From assembly GCA_001662655.1 (NCBI GenBank), contig KV460206.1: a stretch of DNA of 64,000 nt; one strand, given 5' to 3'. This DNA is from Pseudogymnoascus verrucosus (taxonomy: Eukaryota). The notes beneath the pieces were generated by a model. That model was not told where the DNA came from, did not search any database, and saw nothing but the letters and a program-made list of their open reading frames with translations. How positions within the stretch are numbered: position 1 is the stretch's first letter; every line of letters starts with the position of its first letter. Shown here one piece after another: positions 37,654 through 49,371 of this stretch. Both the position numbers and the translations under genes were made by a program.

Positions 37654-37692
37654 ACTCGGACTCGGACTCGGACTCGGACTCGGACTCGGACT
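37654..37692. repeat. (ACTCGG)n hexamer microsatellite, about 6.5 units
   Basis: cctcgtactcggactcggactcggactcggactcggactcggactcc, midway in the divergent promoter. Confidence 0.9.
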
Positions 37693-38308
37693 CCTCAAGG
37701 CAAGCTAGCTCCAAACGCGAAAAATAAGGTTTAGACTCGCTTGGCAGCCGTGGCTGACAACTAGTGACTGCCACAAAGATCGGTACGTCTAGCATCGCAA
37801 TTTGGTAACGTGGCTCCGAAACCTCCGATCTACCTATGAGGAGATCAGGGAGGTTGTTGACAAGGATGGGCAGTGTCGACTAGCGCAGGGGAGTGATTCT
37901 GGAACGACGCCAGGAAGGAGGTGGAGGACGTACGCTGCTGGGGATGAAGATCACATCGTATCTTGATGCGGCACTTGCTTCGGATTACGAGATGCGAGAG
38001 GAACTAGCTATCGGCCACCTCAAGTATCACTGACGGTGGACCAGCTGATCTGCATGGTCATGACGGATGAATCCGAAGTTAGTTTTTTTCCAGAGTTTAT
38101 ATGGGGCCATCGTGTCGGGGGTGTGAGGTGGCAACGGCCGAAGACATAGCGAAAATACTTCGCGATGTAAGTGTAGTTGAGCCCACAGATTTACCTTCTA
38201 ATTCTTATGTTGAATGCCATTCAAAGCTTAAAGTGCATCGAATTTGCTACTGATACTGGGTACAGATATACAACTTCTAACTTGGCAATCAATTGATAAT
38301 TCCTGAGA

Positions 38309-41300
38309 ATGGATAAAGCTAGCGAGGCTAGCAGTGAAACTGCAAGCTCACCATCTGTTGGTCACGCATCAGCATACTACCATTCCGCCTTCCAGAACCA
38401 GTCTAATATCGAGTACTCCTTGGTCGACGATAACGCGTCTGTTATTCCTCATTACGATGGTATTGAGGTGGTTCCCGATGATAGTTCTACCAATTTTGAC
38501 CACGAAGCGCCTCCAGCGTATCATCAACTCACCATTGCCGATGGCGGGATCTCTGCAGAGGTTATGCGTACGCAATTCGCCCTTACTTTGGAACAATGCT
38601 GATAGACTAGGCACAGAAAATGGTAGGGTTAGCATGCTCATCAATTCCTCCATGAGAATCCCGGAACAGGTATCACCATTTGAGTCGCAACACAACTTCT
38701 CGACTCTGCATTCGCCTACATACTCGCAATCCGAGTATCCGCTGTTACATATTGTTATGCATGTCGTTGGAAGTCGCGGTATGGTCATATCAATCAACCC
38801 TGAAACTTTCGAGCTGTGCTAAAGCCAAGACAGGAGATGTTCAGCCTTTCATCGCGTTAGGGAAGGAACTCCAACGTTCCGGTCATAAGGTCCGCCTCGC
38901 AACACACAATATTTTCGAATCATTTGTCAGAGAATCGGGATTAGACTTCTTCCCCATTGGTGGTGATCCTGAACAGCTAATGGCCTACATGGTCAACAAC
39001 CCCGGAATAATCCCAAAGTTTGCCAGCCTTCGCGACGGCGAAATCGCCCGCAAACGGAAGATGATCCTAGAGATGCTTGAGGGTTGTTGGAGGTCATGTA
39101 TAGAACCGGACCCGAAAACGAACAGGCCATTTGTCGCTGAAGCGATTATTGCTAACCCACCAAGTTTTGCGCATTTGCATTGCGCCCAGGCTTTAGGAAT
39201 TCCGGTACATTTAATGTTCACTATGCCATGGACTCCAACACGAGAATTTCCACATCCCCTAGCAAACATTGTGAAGACTTCAATGGCAGATGTGGAAACT
39301 AGTAATTTTCTATCGTATGGGCTAGTAGAGTTGATGACTTGGCAGGGGTGCGTTGTCGCTTTCCACGACTGCTGCGTTTAAAGGGACACAGTGCTAACTT
39401 TGAGATTTAGATTAGTGGATATAATTAACATGTGGAGGAAGGACTCGTTGAGCTTAGAACCGATCAGGGCAATGATGGGGGCGGGGCTCGCCGATTATTT
39501 GCAGTTGCCTTTCACGTATTGCTGGTCACCATCACTTGTTCGTACACCAGCGGACTGGCCGTCAAATATCGGTAAGAAATCTATTTAGCATAATTTGGGG
39601 TTTGAAGTCGATATATGCTAGCTGACACTCTAACCCCACAGACGTTTGCGGGTTCTTCTTTCGCGACCCTCCTGATTTCACTCCACCAGTTGAGCTCGAA
39701 GAATTTCTGAAGTCCGGTCCCACCCCTATATACATAGGGTTCGGCAGCATCGTGATGAATAATCCACAGATGATGACGGAAATAATCCTTTGTGCTGTGA
39801 ACGAAGCTGGTGTTCGAGCGATTGTGTCCAAAGGCTGGAGTAAGCTGGGCAACGGTTACTCAGATCCCAACGTGCTCTTTATCGACGACTGTCCGCATGG
39901 CAAGTATTACTTTCAGGGAGAAAAAGAACTAGCTAACCCGATATAATAGAATGGTTATTCCAACAAGTCTCCGCGGTGGTTCACCATGGCGGGGCCGGAA
40001 CTACAGCTTGTGGGCTGAGAAATAGTCGGCCAACAGCCATTGTTCCCTTCTTTGGAGAGTAAGTATAACATTTAATCATCACTCTCAACTAGGTCGCTGC
40101 TTACAAATTCAAGTCAATTCTTCTGGGGTGAACAAGTTGCCGCAGCAGGGGCAGGCCCTCGTCCAATTGATTACAAATCTCTCGACAGTGCGAATCTAAT
40201 TGCCGCAATTCACAAACTCCTCGAGCCTCAGACACTACTTGCCGCACAGAGGATCGCACTTAGTATGGAAAAAGAGTCAGGAGTTCAGGAAGCAGTCAAA
40301 TCTTTCCACCGACATCTTCCAATGAAGAAGATGCAATGCGATATACTTCCAAGGCAGCCAGCGGTTTGGCAATATCAATTGGATAATAAACAGGAGCTTA
40401 AATTATCCGACGAAGCGGCTTTTATTTTAATGGAGCAGAAGCAGTTGAAGATGAAGAACATTAAACTGTGAGTTAGAAGTCACCTGGAAATCTTGCATCA
40501 TTTTTGACTCGTGGCAGATACTCTTCTAATAAAATAGAAATTGAATACAAACGCTGGGATCCCCTCAGTGCCGGCTCCTCCACCCTGATAGACACTATCA
40601 TGGACCTCACATCGGACGGCAAAAACCTCTTCACAGCACCATATAAAGAGATCAAAAAAGCGCAAGCACTGCGTAGAGAGGATTCCGCCAACAGCCACAC
40701 CGACATGAACGAAGTAGCACTTAGAGGAGGAAGTACAGATGCCAGAAAGGAAACAACACGCAGGCATACTGGTGCGGCAGCAGCAGCTGGAGCTGCTGGA
40801 AAGGGCCTGGGAAAGATGGGAGGAGGATTTGCGAAGGGTATGTTACTTGATTTACCGGTCGCGATGGCGGATGGGTTCCATGCCATGCCGATGCTTTATG
40901 GCGATAAGAAGATAGAAAGGGGGGCTATTACTGATTGGAAGAGTGGGATGGCTGTGGGTGGGAAGGTGAGAAAAATTACTACAAAGTTATAGAGGAAAAA
41001 ATAGCTGCTAATTTCAGAGTCAAGAGCCTGGCAGTGGGTTTCTTCGACGGATTTACCGGAATTGTAACTGCGCCCGCAAAGGGAGCGGTAAAAGATGGCG
41101 CAGCGGGGTTTGCGAAAGGCTTCGTAACTGGAACTCTTGGAGTCCTTTTCAAGCCTGGGGCAGGTAAGTTTATTCTATTTCCTAGGTGGCTTCAAAGTTA
41201 GCTTACAGGACTCGTCCGCTAACAACTTCAAACAGCAATGCTCGGTTTCGTCGGCTACCCGCTCTTAGGCGTATACAAAAGCATTAGCTCCCTGCACGCC

Positions 41301-41435
41301 ACGCCAACAGAAACCAAAATCTTGCTCGCGAGGCAGATTCTAGGATCAGAAACCGGGAGACAAATTTCGGAGCAAAGAGACGGGGAGAAGATACAGAGTG
41401 TGCTTGAAGGGTTTAGAAGGGCTACGGGGCGTTAA
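38309..41435 (+). CDS. UDP-glucose:sterol glucosyltransferase-like GT-B enzyme (Ugt51-related catalytic domain; no GRAM/PH region evident)
   Basis: [86 protein letters not shown](D)QFFWG. Many short introns; Gly-rich C-terminal tail. Confidence 0.92.
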
Positions 41436-42076
41436 GTCGGTCTCATTCTCTTGATTGGTGTTAGTTGTAGTTCGCATACTTTATTATTCGTGATGTTTAG
41501 AACTACCAGTATGGCATAGCTAGGTCATGGACTTTATTCTACCGGAGAGACGTTATGGTTTTTAAAAGGGATGGGCTTAAATCGACGAGGTGTAAATAAA
41601 GGCAAGAAATCTAGAAGGCTATATAGTAAGGAGAGGTTGAAACCGGCACATGGGCATTAAGAAAATAACCGTGATATGCGAGGGATTGCCCGATATGTGG
41701 AGGTTTGCGGTTTTATTTGGTAGACAGTATATCATGTTGCTATATGGATGAGGCAGTCACAGCCAGGCCACAATAACGATACTGGTAAATGTATAATATA
41801 TAGTAGAATATGATTTGTAGCAATTCTAACTTTTTATTTTAACTCCGTCTATAGATGAAATTCTTAGGGCGATTAAATGGTTATACGGTGGATCTTACAA
41901 CAGTTCGCGTGCGGTGAATAACTGTGGAGGCAACCACTTTCGCTCACCATCGCTGTCCCAGAAGCTTTTCCGCAACCCGGACTTTACAACGCCCTTCATC
42001 ATCACGTTTACAAAAAAATCCCAAGGTTTGTGTTTTTGAACTGCCAACTTGGACCCGCTGACAGATTGCATTAGCC

Positions 42077-42463
42077 ATGTCATACAGTGTTTACACTGTA
42101 GAGCTTCTAGGCTCGGGCCCCATAAATCACGTTCGACTATTTGTTGAGACCCAGGAGGATGGAGGCGGTCAGATATTCCACGTCATTGGGACTATCCTCC
42201 AGGGCATGACATTCGAAACCAGATCCGGGGTGAAGCAAGAAACCGATGTGTTATTCGTGCCTGGGTCACAGATATACGTTGGACGAATTGCGCAGTCGGC
42301 AGTGGGGGGATTGGACGAACTGTGCAGATCGATTTCTCCGCCTGCCGCCCAGATGAATCTAAACGGGTCGCGAAAGGATCCGACCAAGCCGCTACGTCGC
42401 TGCGGGGAATGGGTGGAGGAAGTCAAGGAAGAGGCTCTGCGCCGTGGGTTGATCTCCCAGTGA
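42077..42463 (+). CDS. Small fungal hypothetical protein (DUF6540-like from memory; conserved-looking His and Cys)
   Basis: Intronless 128-aa ATG ORF: NHVRLFVET..GGGQIFHVIGTILQGMTFE...ISPPAAQ...PLRRCGEWVEE. Confidence 0.75.
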   Translation: MSYSVYTVELLGSGPINHVRLFVETQEDGGGQIFHVIGTILQGMTFETRSGVKQETDVLFVPGSQIYVGRIAQSAVGGLDELCRSISPPAAQMNLNGSRKDPTKPLRRCGEWVEEVKEEALRRGLISQ

Positions 42464-42755
42464 TATCTTGCGCCACTTTGGCGTTTCTCGATAGTTTTGA
42501 AGTTAAAGTAGCCAAGGAAATTATCAAAGAAACCAGATGGGCTAAGCTAGTACTGTATTATCTAGCACCGGGTTATTGGCAAGCACATGTGCGGTCACAC
42601 TTTGGTGGGATATTGAAGATGCTACAGAACAAGGCAGATCGATAAATACCATTGTAAATTATATCACGCCATGAAAACAGAGAAAAACTTCTGATAGATG
42701 CCATTGTATATAATTACATAGATTTTGTACTGTACATTCTTGTTCACCTACGATT

Positions 42756-44795
42756 CTACCAAACCAACATCTCGCCGGATTTTGGCTTCTCAACTCTCAC
42801 AACCTTGTCGCTGTTCAGAAGACAGAGCGGGTCGAAGGCAAGTTTAATCTACGCATACGCCGTTAGCAAAGCAATCTTCAACCGAAGAAGGGATGGAACT
42901 TACCTTGCGCATAGCATCCACAGTCGTCGCCCCCAGCTCGTGATCCAAGTAATCCCTCTTAACCAGTCCCACCCCATGCTCTCCCGTCACGGTCCCCTCC
43001 ATCTCCACAGCCCTCTTCACCATGCGATGCACAAACGCCTCGGCCTTCTTGCGCTCCGCATCGTTGTAGATCAAGATCGTGTGGAAGTTACCATCGCCAA
43101 CATGCCCCACAATCGCAGCTAGCAGCCCGATCTTCTTCAAGTCATCCTTGGTCTCCTCAATGATGTCCGGCAACCTGCTAATCGGCACCGCCACGTCACC
43201 AGTCCACACGTGGTCGCTTTCCTCGCGCTTCAGAGCCATGACGCTCCATAGCGCCTCCTTGCGCGCGGACCACAGATCCGTCTTCTCCTGCTCATCGCGC
43301 GCGAACTCGAACGTCTTGGCGCGGTGCTTGTTCGCGATCTTCTGCACCATCTGTACCTGCTCCTTGCACGCGCTCTCGGTGCCTGCGAATTTGAAGAAGA
43401 GCGTTGGCTCTTCGGCCCAGGTGCGCGACGTGGTGCCGGAGGCGTTGATGCACTTCATCTGAACGTCGTCGAGGATTTCGATAGCTGCGATGGGGATTCC
43501 GTCACCGACGACTCGGGAGACGCACTCAGCGGCGTCGCGGATGGATGGGAAGGCGCAGACAGCGACGGAGGTGGCAATTGGCTTCGTGGTTACCTTCAAT
43601 GTAGCTTCAGTGACGAGGCCTAGAGTTCCCTCGCTGCCGATGAACAGTTTGGTGAGGTCATAGCCAGCGCTCGACTTGCGAGGACGTTGGCGCGTCTTGA
43701 TAATAGTTCCATCGGCCATTACGACAGTCAGGGAGAGGACCCATTCACGCATGGTACCATATCTATAAGCGTTCGTTCCAGAGCAGCCAGTTCCGACCAT
43801 GCCGCCAATCATGGCTCCTGGTCCTGGGTCCGGTGGGAAGAAGAGGTTCGATTCAGCAAGGACTTCATTCAGATGCTCCCATCCAACTGCCGGCTGGACA
43901 ACAACATCCATATCCTTCTCGTGAAGCTGAAGGATCTTATCCATCCGTCCGAAGTCGATGCAGATTCCCCCACGAGTAGCCGTATAGTGTCCTTCCAGAG
44001 ATGTTCCGCCAGAATAAGCCGTTACGGGGATTCTCCTAAGGTGGCAGACCTTCATGATCTCGCTGACTTCCTCAGTGGTGCTGGGATAAACGACGAGGAA
44101 TGGCTTCTCAGAGTCCTTGCGGAGATGGGATGACCATTCAGAACCGGCGTGAGCGACAACATCATCCTGTGTAGTATTGACGTTATCCTTCCCAACAATG
44201 GCGACGAAATCCGCCCAAGCAGCTTCGAGGTTTGTTGGCGCAATATTGTGTTTCGGTGGCTTCGTCGCCGCAAGAGGGAGTGTAGAGGAAGGCGACGCAG
44301 GAGCTGGGTTCTTCGTGCCCATGTAGTAGCATGCTAAGGAAGAGGCGAGGACAACTATATTCTCACGTTAGCAATGTTCCTCAATGCCTCCGCTTGCCGC
44401 CCTAGCTAGCCATGCTTCAAGGGCAGCCACACAGAAAGCCCACAGCACAACTCACCGAACGTAGTCGCCATATTCCTCCCCCCAGCCCATTCCTGCCGCT
44501 CATCTGCATGTCTCTCCCGGTCCATACGCTCCTTCGCCGTGCGCGCCGCCGTACTGCCGTACAATTGGCTCCTGAAAGCTCCATGGATCTCAGCCTGGCT
44601 CGGCGGGCTCGTTCTCGGCGCCGCAGGCGGCGGCGTCGTGCCAGGAAGAGGCTTTGAGGAGCCTATGTTCGACTCGGGGGTATTGGAGTCCGATGCATGT
44701 CGTCTCTGGAGCTGTGTAGCTGTGCGGCGCAGGCAGCGTTGGGGCGCTGGGGTGCTGCGCTGCAAGGTCCGGAGGAGGGAGTGTGAGGCGGGCAT
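42756..44795 (-). CDS. DLD1: Mitochondrial D-lactate dehydrogenase (cytochrome), FAD-linked oxidase
   Basis: Presequence-like N-terminus, YSGGTSLEGH, FPPDPGPGAMIGGM, SSAGYDLTKLFIGSEGTLG, GHVGDGNFH, TGEHGVG; last exon IKLAFDPLCLLNSDKV. Confidence 0.93.
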
Positions 44796-45362
44796 TGCGG
44801 TGGCTGAGCGGGCTGCGTTGAAGAAGTCGGGAATGGAAGCTCTATGAGCTATGTCGGAGCATGGCAATATGCCGGAGAACCTAAGGGATAGTCACTCAGC
44901 TGGCACCCTAGATCCGTTCGGCCGATGATGATGATGATGGTCGAAGCTACTATGGGGATTTTGCAGAAGACATCATAGCTAGCCGAGAACGCGATAAGCG
45001 TCATATCTTTGTCAGTGTGATCTAAACTACAGATATCATTTCATGAAAGAAGTATTGGTGATAATCCAACTTGAGATATATACATTCTCTAATACAAGCA
45101 ATTATAATGATATAGCCAGGATCCCGACTCCTCGCCCCGACAGGGCCCAGTTAGCAAATACAGAACCAACTCCGCCGCCGCCAACCCACTCTAACATCCT
45201 AAAGCTAACATGAGAGCAATTGTACATCTAACTTTGATCATCAAAACCGGGGCTCTTAAGCCAAACTCCTTGAATCCCACCATGACAAGGATATCCATCC
45301 TTGCCTTATTATGCTCCAAGTGTAACACGAAGACCCAAACACCATCCTCTTAATCCCATCCC

Positions 45363-47440
45363 TTACTCGTTCTTCCAGCCCTGCATCAACTGCACAGTAA
45401 AAATGGGTTTCACCCCATTGATAGCCGCCAGGTAAGCATCAAGCTCCTCATCGTGGTCAATCTGCAGGTTCATCTCCTGCCCATTACTCTCCTTCACAAT
45501 CCCCTCTAGGCGCACCGGGATAGTGCCAGGGTATTTGCTTGTCGCCAGCTGCCTCAGCTCGTCCACCGACACGCTGCTCAGCGTGCTCACCCATAGTCTC
45601 GAAGGCGGCTGAATATCAGAAGCGGGGTGAAGACGGAAGTAAACAGCAATCGAGTTCGCTGGGTTCGGAAAAGCTGCCTGCGCCGCTTGCGCTGTGTACT
45701 GTTGGTCCGCGTACTGCTGCTCGGCGTAGCCGTGGTGGTCGTGGTGGGAATCCATGAGCGATGGGTCGTTGGCAGTGGCAAGCAGTAGCGAGGGGTCAAT
45801 TCGCATGTCATCGTGGTCTGTCATAAGAAGGTGAGACTGGTTATGCCGAGCCAATGCCTGGGCCTGCGCTTGGGCTTGCATGTGTGCCTGTGCTTGCGCC
45901 TGGGCCTGAGCCTGGGCCTGGACCTGAGCTTGCGCTTGAGCATGAGCAGCAGCCTGTACCAGGGCGTCGTGAGGACCCGGCATTGGGTATTGTGGGATAT
46001 CTTCCTCGCGATCATTAGTGAAGCTCTCCATATTTTGCGGGACCTCAGCCGTGAAATTCGAGTCGAATTTCTTCTTCCTCGTAGGGTCACGCTTGGTTTG
46101 GTCGTCGCGGAGGCGCTTCATGACATCTCTGCAAAGGACTTCCATCGCCTTGAGTTTCTCCTGGCGCTGCGGGTCCGCTTCACCAGGTGCGAGAATGTTC
46201 GTTAGGAGCTCGGATTCGTCAATCCATTGTTGCTTGAGTTCGCGCCAATGGTCGTCTCCCGCCTCCAGCTTGCTCGTGAAATGGTCTGCCTTGAGAGTCT
46301 GGTAGAAGGCGTTGCGGATCTGCCGCGATTCCTCGGGGTTAATACCGAGGGCATTCTTCGCTTCAGCGATCGTCATCCTGCGTTCCAGCGTACGCATCCG
46401 CTTTGTGACATCTGTGCAAACGACATCCAGAGCGAGTTTCTTCTGCTCTTGGTTGTCAGTCTCTTGCCAGAAGACTTGCTGCAGATGCGGGCTCTCCTGC
46501 ACGAGCCTGGCCTTCACAGCCTCCCAACGTTCCGGCCCCGCGAGAGTCTTCTTAATAACATCCGCTTCCTCGCAGATCCTCTGGAACCGCGCTCTGATAT
46601 CCCGGTATAGGGCGCTGTCGAGGCTCAAGAACGCCTTACTCTCATCAATTGTCGTCTCCGACGGGAACCTCGGCGGCCCAGGCGGATCAGCAGGTAACCC
46701 CGCCCAGCCCCTCGTCCTCCTCCTCCTCTTCCTACTCAGCCACCTCACCGCACTCTCCGCCTGCAGCTTCTGCAGCCTCTCCATCCTCTTCGCCAGCACC
46801 TCCGGGCTCAGTTCCGGACTAACAGCCCTATCCCCCTCCTTCTTCGGCGCCGCCCCCGCCTCGCCCTCCTCCACCTCGCCCTCAATCTGCTGCTGTTGGC
46901 TGCCCGAGCCGTCGTCAAACAGGGCCTGCTGCAGCTGGTCCATCACGTCCTGCTCCGACTCGCGCTTCTTGGCCTTCATCCCGTTCGGCACGCGCAGCAG
47001 CCAGCGGTTCTTGGCGCGCACGCGCATGAGCTCGCGCTCTTTGATGTCGAAGCCGTCCTCCTCGTTCAGCACGCGCAGCATCTCGCGTTGCGATACGTTG
47101 CGCTCCCAGAGCTCCTTCACTCGCGCCACTAGCTCGACGTTTTTGTGCGCTGGGTTTTGTTTCGAGGGGAATTCCCAGCGCTTGAATTGTGTTTGGAACG
47201 CCCGTTTACTGTAGCCACACATATAAAGTCAGTCCACTGTACATATAGGCCGCAAGAACATGCAACGCAGCGTGCTGTCGGGGTAGGGCAGCTGTAACGC
47301 TCATGGGGGTAAACGGGTACACACCTCGGCGCAAACTTATGGTGCTCCTTCATAAACTCCATAATCTCCTCCAAGCTCTTCTTTTCCTCAATGTAGAGGC
47401 GGTAGCAGAGCTCCTCTTTGTTCTCCCAATCGTACACCAT
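45363..47440 (-). CDS. Clr5-domain protein with a Gln-Ala repeat
   Basis: MVYDWENKEELCYRLYIEEKKSLEEIMEFMKEHHKFAPS|KRAFQTQFKRW (Clr5-type N-terminus), intron 47324-47209, (QA)n tract near 45860-45945. Confidence 0.88.
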
Positions 47441-47890
47441 TTTTGCCTGTATCGGCCCACGCAGGGCGTTGCCTCGGGGTGAATGCGCGATGCGCGATGC
47501 GCGGTTCTGGTGCGGTATGGCACAGTAGTAAAGTTTTGGCAAAAGTAGTCGTATACGGATACCTTGATGGCCGTATGCAGATTCAACGGTGATGTTTTGC
47601 GTTGTGGGCTCCCTTCGATCGCTGGTGAACGGCAGGGAAGAGAAGTCACTGATGGCAAACAGCGCACGTGATGGGTTGTCACGTGGGTCGACTTTCGCTT
47701 CAAGAACAAATGTTATACTTTTTTCCGTAACATAAAGGATTATCACTGTCAATGAGTGAATGCTGAAAGGCGGAAATATATACATGCCATCGCCTTTTAT
47801 TACATTAATCCATTGTGCACCCGGGCACACCAGTAACTCCCCCAATATCGCCCACAATATTCTCATGAACCCTTCATAAACCCTCTAAGT

Positions 47891-49371
47891 CTAACCCTTC
47901 ACACCCTTCTTCGCTCGCCCATTCTTAACCTTCTTAGCCAGCGCCAGATTCTCTCTCTCCAGCAATTCTTCTTCCCTCGGTGTTAGTGGCGCCTCTTCCC
48001 TCTTGCCCCCAGTCCCCGGGCTCTTCCTCCTCATCGTCCCCGTCCCCACCATCACAAACTCATCCTCGCTCTCCGCATCCCCCAGATCAAGCAGCACAGG
48101 CATGCGCCACCATTCCTCGCCCAGTACTTTCCTATCCACCGTCCGCACATCCACAGCCTCATTCTCTCCGTCAAGCATCTGCTGCCGCCGCTCCTCCTCA
48201 GGGTGGATATCGAACTCGTCCTCTGCTTCCTCATACTCCACATTCTCCTCCACCTCCGCAAAGTCTGGTGCAAGCGCCGACCACCGCTGTGGACTGATAA
48301 TGCTCCAGATATGGATACGCCCGCTCTCGAGCCCGCACGCCGCGATCAGCGGTCGGCTCGGATGCCATTCCACCACGCCGTGCTCCTCCTTGGGCCCCTC
48401 GAGAATCTTGACCAAACTACCGTGATTGCGCTCCCAAATGTAGATGTCGTGGTTGTTGTATGTACTCGCCATAACGTATTCGCCCGAGCCGCTAAACGCG
48501 ACGTGGTTCCAGCTGAGGCGGTTGACCACGTCCTGGAACTTGTGCTCGACTTCGAGGTGGATCTGGTCGGCATCCAGTGTCGCGTTGTCTAGTGGTGGCA
48601 GGTGGATTGTGCGGATCACGCGGTCCTGCGCGTTAACTACCATGTCGCGCCCTGATGAGGTGAGGCGCAGGTAGATGACCACGCCAGCACTGATCTTAGT
48701 TGAGTAGATTGTCGTTCGTGTCGCGGTTTCGATTATGTTAAGCCAGCCTTTCGATGTGCCAGCGAGGATATGTGATCCAGATGCCGTGAAGATGGCCACG
48801 GTTGTCGTCTGCTTTGCATCCTGAGCCACTTGCTTCTCGCTCAGCTTCTCGCTTTCCTCGCGCGTGCGCTTTGGCACCGATGAGAACTTGTAGCTGGTAT
48901 CGTTCCGTAGGTCGACTAATAGGGGTTGGTTGTCGAAGAGACTCAGTACAGCCAGATGACTATTTGTCTGTTAGCTGTGCTCACAACATCTCCCAAAGCA
49001 AGCACCTACTCATCTGCCGACGACAAATCGGCCAAATACACCATCCCACCACACCTCCACTCCCCCTCCACCCCACCCGTCTCCAAATCCCACAGTATAA
49101 CCTTCCAATCCTGCCCCGCGCTCAACAAATACCGCCCATCCTTGCTCCAGCTCAGACTCTGGATCTGCCTTGTGTGCCCTCTCAGCTTGCGCGCGATGCC
49201 CTGTGTCTCCACATCAATAATCGTCACCACACCATCCACGCGCCCCGATGCAAGTAGGTCGCCTGCCCGGTTGAAGCGCGCGCACGTGCTGTGGCCGCTG
49301 CGCAGCGAGGCGGTGGTGGTGTCGGGGTAGTCAAGGGAGAGGACGAAGGGGTCGATTAGGGAGAGATTCAT
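47891..49371 (-). CDS. SWD1: COMPASS/Set1C WD40 subunit Swd1 (RBBP5)
   Basis: MNLSLIDPF start, WD repeats, HKFQDVVNRLSW, GSLVKILEGPKE, WSALAPDFAEVEENVEYEEAEDEFD. One intron near 48960-49010. Confidence 0.95.

Noticed and set aside
28435..42463. Secondary-metabolite biosynthetic cluster
   Set aside because: No PKS, NRPS, terpene synthase or P450 is visible in the window.
46312..47214. 300-aa plus-strand ORF, and many similar antisense ORFs
   Set aside because: Shadow of the codon-biased Clr5-domain gene on the opposite strand; no independent protein features.
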